Below, piece by piece: positions 49,232-61,976 of a stretch of DNA of 64,000 nt (within the stretch, counting starts at the first letter, position 1; each line of letters begins with the position of its first letter). Source of the DNA: Macrostomum hystrix (Eukaryota > Animalia > Platyhelminthes); contig CATNEN010000038.1 of NCBI GenBank assembly GCA_950097015.1, positions 26,412,001 to 26,476,000 on the forward strand. The letters are read 5' to 3'. The notes beneath the pieces were generated by a model. The model was not told the DNA's origin. It searched no databases and saw only the letters and a program-made list of their open reading frames with translations. The translations under genes and the position numbers were made by a program.

Positions 49232-51365
49232 TCTAACATTAGCCAGTTGAGAGGACTTAGAGGACTAAGTAGTAAATGAATTAGAATCAGGAAACTCCAG
49301 TTATTTAGTTAGAAGTCCATTTAAACCTTTCAAAAGAGTGATTTTAAGGAACTATCAATAGAACTGTGTAAAGTTCTCTGCATTATAAAGTCCTAAAGGT
49401 TATCTGAAAAAATTGGTTAGAATCACAAATATAGTGTGCTTGTAATAAAATGTATATTTCATTTGTACAAAATTTTATTCATATTACCATTTTTTCAAGA
49501 TGAGTAAAATGGATTGCTATCTAACTATAGTAATTTCACACAACCACATTGCTTAAATCATGGCAATGTGCACAATGCTTGTTAAATAGAAAAACAATAT
49601 AGAACTACACCTATTATAAGAATCTTAGAGAAGGTGAGACATGGCATCATACATGCGCAACACCCAGCCGACCTGGCCAAACCGGCCGAGTGAAACGAGG
49701 GACAAGCAAGGTAAGTTGCAAAAACCAACCAACCAAGCACAAAAAAACCAAAGAGGGGACCAAGGGACAAAAAAGGAAGGCGTGAAGAAGAGGAAAAATG
49801 GGAGAGAAAAATAGAGCAAATGAGAGCAAACTAAGTTGTAAATAGAGCAAATGAGAGCAAACTAAGTCATAAATAGAGCAAAAACTAAGTTGCACGGCCG
49901 GCTAAGATTTAGGAGGTTGCACATGTATGCATGGCATATAAGTCAATACACAAAATTAATGACAGCTTTGCATATAACTTTTGAATATATAGTCAATTAC
50001 AAGTAGTTAATTATTAAATATTAAGATAAAGTAAAATGACTTGTACAACTGCAACATACTATGAAATATTAGACATTAGTAATATTATAAGCCAGCTAAC
50101 TATTAACTTAAAATTATTATAATCCAGCTACAGTAGCAGAATGCTAAGGGGGTGTTCCAAAAGACCTTTCCCATTTGAATATAGCCTTGCAATATTGCTT
50201 CAATTTGAGTGTGATTTTTAACTATAAAAAGATGCACTTTAGCACAACAATGTCACAATTTGAGCATTTTTTATCTATGATGTATTTTTGTCTAAGAACA
50301 TTTTGCCATAGATACCTTGTGATAGACTTACACACAAGTGTTGCTATTAATTTTTGCTGCCCAACTGCAACACGGAAGTAAAAAGTTATTCATTTTTTGT
50401 TCCAAAAGATCATCAAACTATCTGAGATTAATCTCATCTTAATCTTGTCAAAAAGTTAGAACTACAAGACAAAAGCTTAACTAAAGTTTAACTGCCCCAT
50501 TGTCATCAAAATCTCTAATGGATGCTCATAGCACTGAGGCCCAGTGAGAAGCAGCGAGAAACAATTTTCACGCAATGTAAGAATCACCTGACTCCTACCA
50601 AGATTCATGAAGCACCAGTGGCTACTCATCATAACCATGCCGTCAACATTCATATTGTGCACAACTGTATCGACTGCTTTGAGGCTGGCCAAGTAGAACT
50701 TTGGAGATCTAGCTAGCTCTGGTTGCCCAAAGAACCTATTCAACAAAGAACTGTCCCCTTGTATCAAGGCCCTGCTATAAAAGGATACTTGTATGATAGG
50801 CCGCTAGCTTGCTGATTACACAGAAGCTTCACCAAACACTCATATATCTTGGCATCTTGGCAGAGTTATATAGTAACCAATTTTTTAAGTATCTATTCAT
50901 AGTTCAACATGTAATTTCATGTAGTATATGCTAATATGTGAAATTACTGTTTAATAGACTTTAAAAAGCCATAGCAGGCTGTTTTGATTGTTGGATGTCT
51001 GAAGAAGTGTCTTTATTATTATACCATGGAATCCTGTTAATCTTTGCACCCTACCAGCAGTCAAGACTATAGAAAACCCTATCCCATGATTTGTACATGG
51101 CATTGAAATTTCTGAAAGGCTGAGTTTACATTCTAGGCAGTCTAAAGTGTCTTCACATATCATATTTATCATTAGCCTTTATTAGGCTCTCTACATCTCT
51201 TCATATCAATCTACATATCTGCATTAAGCATGCATATAGCCTTGAAGTTGTTAGGGGAAATTAAAGACATTTTACTGCGCAGTAAAAACTGCTAACTATA
51301 TGGCATTGTAATGTCAACACATTACCATGCAGTGAAGTTATTGGTTTTACCAGCACTGATTATAA

Positions 51366-51790
51366 GGATCCTAGACACTTTGTCATCTTACAACTTCGTC
51401 ATCCACTTGGAAGGTAGGACACTTCGTCATCCAGCCAATCGGCATGCTTTAAAGTTTGGTCAGTTCGTCATCTACTAATAACAAATAAGCAATTAAGTTC
51501 GTCATCAATAAAGTGAGAGTGGGGTGGAGGTGCAGAGGTGTGAACACACTTCACATCTTAAAATGCCAAAAAGAGGTGTCAAAACTGATTTCATTATAAG
51601 AGTTGAAAGAAAGGTGCCAACACGATGTGAGGAGGTGGGGAGGGGTGGTTCTGTTCTAACTTTGAAAACTTTTGTTTTATAGATGATGAAGTGTCCACAA
51701 GTCTTAGTCTCTTCGTCATCCACCCTCTGAGATATTGGACAGATTGTCATCTGGATGACGAAGTTGTAAGATGATGAAGTGTCCAGGTAC
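51366..51790. mobile_element. MITE with about 40-bp TIRs and an 8-9 bp TSD (Mutator/Merlin-like)
   Basis: Left GGATCCTAGACACTTTGTCATCTTACAACTTCGTCATCCA versus right TGGATGACGAAGTTGTAAGATGATGAAGTGTCCAGGTAC; direct repeat TGATTATAA at 51357-51365 and 51791-51799; internal ACTTCGTCATC motifs. Confidence 0.8.
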
Positions 51791-52765
51791 TGATTATAAC
51801 ATGTTAAAAAACCGCACTGTTTAACAAACCTTATTTCAGTCTTAGACTATACAGTGGACCATGCAGATTTTACTGCATTTGATATAGGCCTACTGTTGAT
51901 TTGTTAATGAACAGTATATAATATATAACTACTATGAGGCAACATAGTTTTAGGCAAAAAACAAACCAAGTACATAAGGAGAAACACAGCACTAAGACAG
52001 GCCTAAATACTTTTTTGATATCTTGCGATGAATCATCATAAGGCCCTTCTATGTAGAACAACATCATCAGGCCCAGGTCCTTTCAGTTTTACATTGTGTT
52101 AGAAACAATCTATAGAAGTATTTTGGAGGTAAGTACAAAATAAACACAAAGATGAGTGTTAAAACTTTTAATATTAAGAATGAGAAAAATATGTAGTTGT
52201 TTAAAAAAATTAAATCAGAAAGAATGCAATTAAGCTATTTTGTAGCTAGCTGTCATCCAAGGGGAGTTTTGGATTTAGGAATACAATTGATAAATTAAAA
52301 AAGATAATCTATTCCAATATACCTTTAGACACACCACTAATACTAGAAAACATTAGACTTACACTCACTAGAATACATACAATATACGTTACGAATATAA
52401 TATCTGTATTATATTATCTGTGACACACCACAAGACCTAGACCCGATTGGATTATATTTTTTTCTTCAAGTCAATTTTTTCTTTCTTATAAAAGTATGAG
52501 GTCACTAAAAGTTTAAACAAAAAATCAATAGACAAATGCTATTTATAGCATGCTCGTTTCTTTTACGACACATTCATGGGGAATATTATTATTTTATATT
52601 TTTACGGTGCTATATTATGTCCTTAAAAACTTATGAATATTTAACTTGGTTGTTATGCAAGTAAATAAATTTGGGTGAGTCCAATATCACAATTCAATCG
52701 TGGTCGTTCTATGTAAAAGGATCATCTAATTAGACTTTTATCCTTGAAAATAAATCACGCCTTAG

Positions 52766-55700
52766 ATGGATGCGCTTATGGATTTCGCACTAATTGATAT
52801 CCGGCCAGATTCAGATGTCGAAACAACAGCTGCCTCTTCAACTGCACCTGTTGCGATAGGTTCAATGTCAGGCTCTACCCAAAACGGTCAAAACCAAAAC
52901 CAGCCATCAACTTCTTCCTCCTCTTCGACGACAACAACTCAGCACGAGGAAATGGCAACTAGTCAGGCTAAACTTGTAGAAGATCTAGCTCAGGTCATTG
53001 AGCAGAGCTTGGAAAAGTTTGAGAACAGAATCGCTGGTAGGTTGGCTTCTGAAGTTATTAACAATCAGCAGGCTTACGTACAAGCAACCTCAGCTTCAGT
53101 GTCGCCACCAGGTCAAAATTCGACAGAAAATTATCAGTTACAGAACAGAACTGTTTCAGTGCCTTTGCCAGTACACGAGAATGTCTACTGTGATCACTGC
53201 AATACAGTCATTGTTGGAATTCGATACAAGTGTGGGTAAGTTAGGCCTACACATAACCTGATTCTATGCTTAATTCTTTGCTAATAATTTCTATGGCCAA
53301 GCTAGACCTAATCTTGAATACAGTGAGTTACTGGCAAATAATTTGCTTCTAAAATGAAAACAATTCTTTATTTGGAAGCTTAATTGCTAACTTCCTAGCC
53401 TTAGGCCAAAAAAAGTTAGTGGCTCACTATTTTGTTTATTTAGGCTAGACCCTATCTCTTAACTGATGATTTATGATATATATCTTTTGACTTAAGACTT
53501 GGGGGGCAATGCTAGATGGGTGTTTGTTGGTTTGTTTCTATTTTTTAGTTGCTTAGTCAGTTTTTTTGCTATTGGAGGATTTTAATGGCTAAATATTCTA
53601 AAGCTGTTCAAATATTCTTTTTGCAGCATTAATTACCAAATTTTCTTTTGTTTCTGATTGTGAAATATATATAGCTAACAGGAAATAAGTAATAAATAAG
53701 AGCCATTTCTGTTGCAAAGAGTCTATTCTAGATCTATAAGTATAAAAGCTATAAAGACTATACAGTAATTATTCAGTAAATCTTAGTAGCATATATACCA
53801 GTCTAGTATTAATTTGTGTAAATGACTTACTATTTATTATTATATAGACCTGTTTTAAAATAAATTATAAATTATTTGACCTTCACATGTACCTCATACA
53901 GAATGTGCAAAGACTATGACCTATGTGAGCGCTGCGAGTCACAGAGACCTCACAACCAGCGTAGCCACCTGTTTGTCAAGATCTATGAACCACTGCATGG
54001 CCCATTCAACACAAGGCCTCTGCTCGCCCAGGAACTTGGTGCTACCAATTCATTTGCCTGCTTTCTCGGCTCACTTGGTCTACCAACTGGCACTGAAGCC
54101 ACACTGGAGGTTGTGCGCGAAGATGACTCAGAAGTGGAGGTAAAGCATTCTCTTATTCTATTGCCTATAGTTGACAACATATTCTTTTACATTTTTCGTT
54201 ATGCTCATTGCATGCTACTTCTTTTCTCACTAAGTAGGATGAAAGGAAAATTGTACAATATTTATGTCAGAGTATAATATCTGTTTCAGATTCGCGAACT
54301 AGCCCAAGCCAATGGCTGCCAATTCTATCTAAGCGACAATGGTCGCCGTCTGTGCAAGGATTATCAGGCTATTAATAAAAGTAGTCGAGACTTGCCCGCT
54401 GGCGAATACCGTCTTGAGCACGTGTTCAGCACCGGCCTGCACCCGCTGGAGGCTAAAATTCCTCTGCCAAACATTCCAGAGGGTGACGTGCGGATTATTT
54501 GCCTCTCCTGGCAGGCGCCTAGCCAGTGCTCTGTCCTGCTACTCGGAGCCGGCATGGATGAGGCCAGCAACGATGAAGACGACGCCGCGGCGGCGATACA
54601 GCCAGCGAGACCTCTGCGTCAGGCTACGTCGGTTTATCGACTAAAGAATCGACAAGGTCGCCATATTGGTGAGCCGATCAATGCTTCGCTGGCTTTGCTT
54701 CAACTCGCGAGTCCACCGCAGCAGCAGCCGCCGACACGGCCGACACCGCTGCCGACTTCGCTGTCGACCACATCTACGACTACCTCTGTACAAACTGACA
54801 ACATTCCCAAGCAGGATGATGATGACGATTCGTTTGAAATTATTAGCGACGCGGAGTACGATCTGCCCAGCTGTTTTGTGCTGAATAATGTGCCTCGCGT
54901 GCCGCATCAGCTGTTTCCGCCGCCAATTAATGCCGAAGCTGCTGCCGCTGCGGCTGCCGCCAGTGCTTCTGCAGCGACAGTGAGCGAGGCTTGTCTTATC
55001 GATGTGGCACCGCCGCCGCCACCACGGCTGGTCAAAAATCTGACAGACCGAGCTTCAATTGTGACGGAAGCTGCTAATTTTACAGCCGATGAAATCGCTG
55101 CAAGTGTGTCAGCTGTGCCAGCTATTGATGACAAATCTGAGTCAATTACTGCTTGTACTATTGCGAAGCCAGTTAATGTTGTTACGGAGCCAAAAACCTT
55201 CGATAGCTCGTCTAATATAACAGCTGCTGCTTCTCCTAGGACTACAAATTCTGTGGCTGCGTCTGGTAGCGCTTCTGCTATCGCAACTGATTCATCAGCT
55301 CAGTCTGTTGCTAAGTGAGTGAAATTTTTCCAGTTGCAGATTCTGTAGAATAGAGATTACAATTCACATATAGTCTGTAGAATAGAGATTACAGTTCACA
55401 TACAGTCTGTAGAATAGAGATTACAATTCACATACAGTCTGTAGAATAGAGATTACAGTTCACATACAGTCTGTAGAATAGAGATTACAGTTCACATACA
55501 GTCTGTAGAATAGAGATTACAGTTCACATACAGTCTGTAGAATAGAGATTACAATTCACATACAGTCTGTAGAATAGAGATTACAGTTCACATACAGTCT
55601 GTAGAATAGAGATTACAGTTCACATACAGTCTGTAGAATAGAGATTACAGTTCACATACAGTCTGTAGAATAGAGATTACAGTTCACATACAGTCTGTAG

Positions 55701-57177
55701 AATAGAGATTACAGTTCACATACAGTCTGTAGAATAGAGTTTACAGTTCACATACAGTCTGTAGAATAGAGATTACAGTTCACATAGAGTCAGTAGAATA
55801 GAGATTACAATTCACATACAGTCTGTAGAATAGAGATTACAGTTCACATATAGTCTGTAGAATAGAGATTACAGTTCACATACAGTCTGTGGAATAGAGA
55901 TTACAGTTCACGTACAGTTTGTAGAATAGAGATTACAGTTCACGTACAGTCTGTAGAATAGAGATTACAGTTCACGTACAGTCTGTAGAATAGAGATTAC
56001 AGTTCACGTACAGTTTGTAGAATAGAGATTACAATTCACATACAGTTCACGTACAGTCTGTAGAATAGAGATTACAATTCACATACAGTCTGTAGAATAG
56101 AGTTTACAGTTCACATACAGTCTGTAGAATAGAGATTACAATTCACATACAGTTCACGTACAGTCTGTAGAATAGAGTTTACAATTCACATAGAGTCTGT
56201 AGAATAGAGATTACAATTCACATACAGTCTGTAGAATAGAGATTACAGTTCACATAGAGTCTGTAGAATAGAGATTACAATTCACATAGAGTCTGTAGAA
56301 TAGAGATTACAGTTCACGTACAGTCTGTAGAATAGAGATTACAGTCTGTAGAATAGAGATTACAGTCTGTAAAATAGAGATTACAGTTCACATAGTCTGT
56401 AGAATAGAGATTACAGTTCACGTACAGTCTGTAGAATAGAGTTTACAATTCACATAGAGTCTGTAGAATAGAGATTACAATTCACATACAGTCTGTAGAA
56501 TAGAGATTACAGTTCACATAGAGTCTGTAGAATAGAGATTACAATTCACATAGAGTCTGTAGAATAGAGATTACAGTTCACGTACAGTCTGTAGAATAGA
56601 GATTACAGTCTGTAGAATAGAGATTACAGTCTGTAGAATAGAGATTACAGTTCACATACAGTCTGTAGAATAGAGATTACAGTTCACGTACAGTCTGTAG
56701 AATAGAGATTACAGTTCACGTACAGTCTGTAGAATAGAGATTACAGTCTGTAGATGTCTAAAACCAATCAGCATGTTCTCCAGGCTGCTGTCCCAGTCGC
56801 AGTCAAATGAGGTTCATCCGTCGGCTTTGCTAGCTGCGTCGTACGTGCCCAAAGCTAGCTCTTGGGTGCCGCCGCCGCCTACACCCAGGTTTATGTTTCA
56901 GCAGCAGCAGCAGCCGCCGCTCCTACCACCCCAACCGCAGCCTATGAGATCTGCCTATCAGCAGCAACAGCAGCAGTCCTCGTTTGCAGCCAGTCAGCCA
57001 ATTAGCAGCACTGACATCTGGGGTCCCAGAGGCGAAGAGAGTCAACGCCTTCAACTGCAGAAGCTTCTAGAGATGGGATTCTATCGCAAGGATGTCAATT
57101 CAAGGGTGATGCAGGAGTGCAATTGGGATTTCGACGCCGCTTTGAATCGCCTTAGCATAATCTACGAAGAATTTTAA
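52766..57177 (+). CDS. NBR1: NBR1-like selective autophagy receptor (ZZ - degenerate FW - LIR - UBA); exons 52766-53235, 53902-54139, 54290-55314, 56784-57177
   Basis: ZZ finger HENVYCDHCNTVIVGIRYKCG|MCKDYDLCERCE..H..HLFVKI; FW-like beta domain in exon 3; acidic LIR DDDDDSFEII followed by YDLPSCF (compare NBR1 YIIILPECF); C-terminal UBA LQKLLEMGFYRKDVNSRVMQECNWDFDAALNRL. Confidence 0.75.
55342..56752. repeat. 32-bp minisatellite filling NBR1 intron 3
   Basis: (GTCTGTAGAATAGAGATTACAGTTCACATACA)n. Confidence 0.97.
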
Positions 57178-57299
57178 GATTTTAGAATCTGGAGACTTGA
57201 TTCAAATGAGGATGTGAGTGACGCTTTAAACTAATAGTTATCTCCTAAGTTTCTCTAAACATTATTTTTGTTTAGATTTTGTAGCTACCAAATCTTATG

Positions 57300-57930
57300 G
57301 GTGAGATGTTTTAGTTTCTTAGAATCGGACGGATGAAGTTTTTATTTTATTGGAATCTGACGAATGAGATTTTGAGTTTTCTTAGAAATTAAAGGATAGG
57401 ATTTAGCATTTTCTTAGAATCTGATTGGTGAGATTTTCGGGTTTTCTTTGAATCATACTGTTGAATTTTTGCAGTTTCTTAGAATCTGACCTATTAGATT
57501 TAGAATTTTCTTAGAATCTGATGGATATGTTTTTTAGATTTTCTTAGAATATGACGGATAAGATTTTGGATTTTCATTGAATCTGACCGATTAGATTTTG
57601 GATTTTCTTTGAATCTGGCGGATGAGATTTTGAAGTTTTCGGAATCTGGCGGATAAGATGTTGGATTTTTCTTAGAATCTAGCGAATGAGATTTTGGATT
57701 TTCATAGAATCTGGCGGATGAGATATTGGATTTTCATAGAATCTGGCGGATGAGATATTGGATTTTCATAGAATCTGGGGGATGAAATTTTGGATGTTCT
57801 TAGAATCTCGCGGATGAGATTTTGGTTTCTTTTAGACTCTTGCGGATAAAATTTTGGATTTTCTTAGAAGCTGGTGAATAGGATTTTGGATTTTCTTGGA
57901 AGCTAGCGAATAGGATTTTGGATTTTCTTC
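57300..57930. repeat. Old, degenerate ~32-bp minisatellite in the NBR1 3' region
   Basis: TTTTCTTAGAATCTGGCGGATGAGATTTTGGA variants. Confidence 0.85.
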
Positions 57931-58468
57931 TTATTTAATCGGTCGTAGCGGTTATTAATTGCGTCATAACTTTTTTATTTTTCGCATCGTTACCTTAAAC
58001 TTTATCTGCATTCGTTAAACGTTACTTTCAACTTTCAACTTCAATGAAACTTTATTCAGCAATATTTTTTATTCCGATGACTCTCATCGCACATACAGGC
58101 ACTAAACGCTGTTTTAAATCTGCAGGTCATACTTATTTCACTAAGAGTTAAAATTGGTAAAGTTTGTCTTTTGCATTCGCTTTTTTATTACCGACAGTAG
58201 TTTGTCTTAAAAGCGATTCATTTTCGCATTGTTATGCTTTCATGTAAAAAATTTCCTGGATTTTTTGTACACTACTAAACACGGTTTCATTTCAGCTAAA
58301 AATAGTGAGTACATTTTCATTTCATTTTGCGTCATTCAATGCTTATGTTTTTATGAGTATCCTTTGTTTGCTTTTTTAACAACACTTAATTACAACTCAT
58401 GCAAGATTTTTAATCAGCTTGTTATATTTACCTGTAATTAATTTTGTGAAATATCCTAGTAAATATTT

Positions 58469-58888
58469 CCCGCTAAAAAATAGGGATGTTTCTTTGTGTG
58501 ATTCCAGTTGGAATCTGCGGTGTTTCCAGAAAAAGAAACAGTCGAACGCTGGAAACAGACCAATCGGATGATTCCATGCTTAGAATCTACCCAACTGGGC
58601 GTTTTCTCGGTGCTTCTTGGTGGCGAAATGGAATCACCCAAAGAATCCTCCAGTTCGGAAGATTCCATTCTCAGAAACCGCAGAGGAATCGCCCGTAAAT
58701 AATTCTCTGGTTGTCCCATGGGCCACTGGTTCGGGTGATTCTTCGGCGGTTTCCGTACAATTTACGGTTACATCGGCTACTTCCTGGGTGGTCTCTTTAA
58801 CTCTTGCGAGATAGGGGGGATTTTGGTAGATTCCACTCCTATTTGGCACAAAAAACCCGCCGAAGAAGCAGCCGAATTTTTTACAGGG
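58469..58888. mobile_element. Same TIR element, copy 2 (inverted)
   Basis: Reverse complement of 42698-43120 with scattered substitutions; the ORF track shows paired near-identical peptides. Confidence 0.8.
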
Positions 58889-60740
58889 ATTTTTGCACTT
58901 ATTAATTTCAGATAATGAAGGCCGTAGTTACTCATTTATAAACTTTACAGTCAGTCGTATGAATATTTTTCTTCGCAAATTTAACTTTTTTAAGCCCAGT
59001 TTTTCTTTTTGATCCTTGTTTGTAAACAAACACAAAAGATCCTTTGGTTTGGAAAATTAATTTATGCCGCCTACACAATTGTGTCTAGCTGAAGACTCTG
59101 AATAAATTCAAAGCTTAACTCTACATCGATCTTGCTAGTACCTCTGTGCTATGAAAATGCTAACATTAATTCGGCTAGATGGTTAGGCGTTTAGGGACAG
59201 TTAGGAATAATGAACAGATAAAAAATCTGACAATGGAAGCTCCAAAAAGCGAACAGCAGTTTTTTTAATCAAAACGTGATTTTCGCAAATCAGAATTAAG
59301 CTGGAATGCCAATGTATTTTTTGTTTGGTTATGGTCGTCATGTAGAATTTGTACATCAGAAGGTGCCAAAAATGGCCAATGAATGGTCCGAGAATTTACG
59401 GGAATTCGTAGAATTGATCAATTTAATTTAATCAAAACTGCAACTTAAAAAGCTTATTTACAAATCAGCAATTTTGAAACGGTGCCACGAGGAAGTGTAC
59501 TTGTAAGCAGTATAGACAGCGTGTGCATGCTATTAATTGATTTATCATAAAAACACGAGTCGACCACTTAAAACAATCGCTGCTTGAGTCGGAAAAGCGG
59601 CGCGATACAAAGATTGCCTCAATTAAAAAAAGAACAGCAACTCAAAATGTTGTCTCTAAAAATAATTTTTAAACAAAAAAGCAACACAGTCTAAATTGAA
59701 ACTTGCGGATTGCACAATTTGGTTCACAAGCTAAAAAACAATACAGTGACATTAGAAGGAGTGCACAATTTAAAGCACAATATTATTATATATAGCAAGT
59801 ATACTTTAAATATTAATAGCAATTTTTTCGTTGAAAAAATGATACGTTTATAAAGCAACAATGTTGTTATTAACAGCCTGAAAAATTAGTGTGGACACTG
59901 GAAATCATTGGCATACTTGTGCGGCTTATAAGAAGCAAAACTAAACTGATTATTAAAACAAATAATAGATATAAATTACAGCCATTTGTTTGTTGGTACC
60001 AACTGTAGAAGCCACCGACAAAATTAAAGCAAAACAACAGTTTGTAAATGTTAATTTGAATAACTTTTATCAGAGCAAAAAAGCTAATAAATATATAACA
60101 CCTGAAAAAAGTTTTTTTACGAATGGGTGGTCAGATAATTGCTTATTTAATTCGGCCAGCTTATACGCTTTCACTCTACTCGTAGTAGGCTAATGCGGAG
60201 TCAATCAATTCACTAAATGAGAGAAAATCTAACAAGTAAAAATGAGATAATAAAAAGAGATGTAACAAAGTGTGCTATTCAAACAGCTGCCTTAACTTTA
60301 ATGTGCAATTCTTTTATCAAAATGATTTAGGAAATTCAACAATAATGTCATCGAAACGAAAATCCAGCTCAATCTCAATTCAATATTAGATAGTTTGCAA
60401 TACCGATTATAAACGAGAAACATTTTCTAATCCGCCAAGATACGAGTACTAGTGCAACTAAAATTTTTTTTCAAGAAAAAAGTTTTAAAGAAGACTGGCT
60501 TATGGCCTGTCACAGAACAGGTACGTAAATAGAAACCTGCTGCCGCATTCTTAGTGTTTTTCTGTCTATTTTTGACACTAGTTAGAAAAAGTTAGAATCT
60601 ACCAACACCCACTTTGGGTAGCAGTCATTAAGTTTTTATAGACAAAAGTCGTAAAGAAATAAAACCCGTTAACTTTTTCTTGACTTGCCGCAATCAAATA
60701 AAAATCTACTTTCAGGGGTCGAATTCAAACGGTGATCAAA

Positions 60741-61348
60741 CTGAAGTTTCTCCTGAGGATTGGGATCCTGAAGTTTCTTCTGAGGATTGGGATCCTGAAG
60801 TTTCTCCTGAGGATTGGGATCCTGAAGTTTCTCCTGAGGATTGGGATCCTGAAGTTTCTCCTGAGGATTGGGATCCTGAAGTTTCTCCTGAGGATTGGGA
60901 TCCTGAAGTTTCTCCTGAGGATTGGGATCCTGAAGTTTCTCCTGAGGATTGGGATCCTGAAGTTTCTCCTGAGGATTGGGATCCTGAAGTTTCTCCTGAG
61001 GATTGAGATCTTGAAGTTTCTCCTGAGGATTGGGATCTTGAAGTTTCTCCTGAGGATTGGGATCCTGAAGTTTCTCCTGAGGATTGGGATCTTGAAGTTT
61101 CTCCTGAGGATTGGAATCATGAAGTTTCTCCTGAGGATTGGAATCATGAAGTTTCTCCTGAGGATTGAGATCTTGAAGTTTCTCCTGAGGATTGGGATCT
61201 TGAAGTTTCTCCTGAGGATTGGGATCTTGAAGTTTCTCCTGAGGATTGGAATCATGAAGTTTCTCCTGAGGATTGGGATCCTGAAGTTTCTCCTGAGGAT
61301 TGGAATCATGAAGTTTCTCCTGAGGATTGGGATCTTGAAGTTTCTCCT
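60741..61348. repeat. 27-bp minisatellite
   Basis: (CTGAAGTTTCTCCTGAGGATTGGGATC)n. Confidence 0.97.
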
Positions 61349-61526
61349 GTATCTGTAATGGAGCATGAATCGAACTCATGACGTCACACATGCTATTTAC
61401 TATTGGTTTCTCTTAGCTATTGGACTGAGATGCCAATAGTTATAAATTTTAGACAACAGAACTCGAAGTTAAATATGCCATTGCTGATGCTCATAACGGG
61501 TATTACCAGCAAAAACCTGGTCAGTG

Positions 61527-61793
61527 CTAGCCGGGTGCAAACTTGGCTATGTAGGCCTGACACGCTGAGCAGCACTGAAGCGAACTGCTGCCGGCTGCTC
61601 CGGAATCGACCGAATATTCTACCGGCTGTTTCTGGCACATGTGGCACCAGACGATGCCGCCGCTGACGCTGCTGCGACCAGCCGAACTGTCAAAATAGTC
61701 GTCGTCGTCAGCGTCTGACAGGCAGCCAGTTGGTGTCACCTGGACTTCCGTTACTAATTCGCAGAATGTGACCGACTTTTTACCGCCAGCGAA

Positions 61794-61824
<31 letters not shown>

Positions 61825-61939
61825 AAACAAGATTTTCTAACAATGCCAGGAGTTCGAGAAGCTCGCGGAGGCAGATATGAGTCATCGATGATGGACTCGG
61901 ACAGGTCTGGCTGTGAGAGGGTTCGCTGCATCGGCCGCC

Positions 61940-61976
<37 letters not shown>

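Noticed and set aside
50477-50800. Possible decayed LINE (CR1-like) 3' fragment
   Set aside because: Only a vague resemblance and no diagnostic RT motif; needs a profile search.
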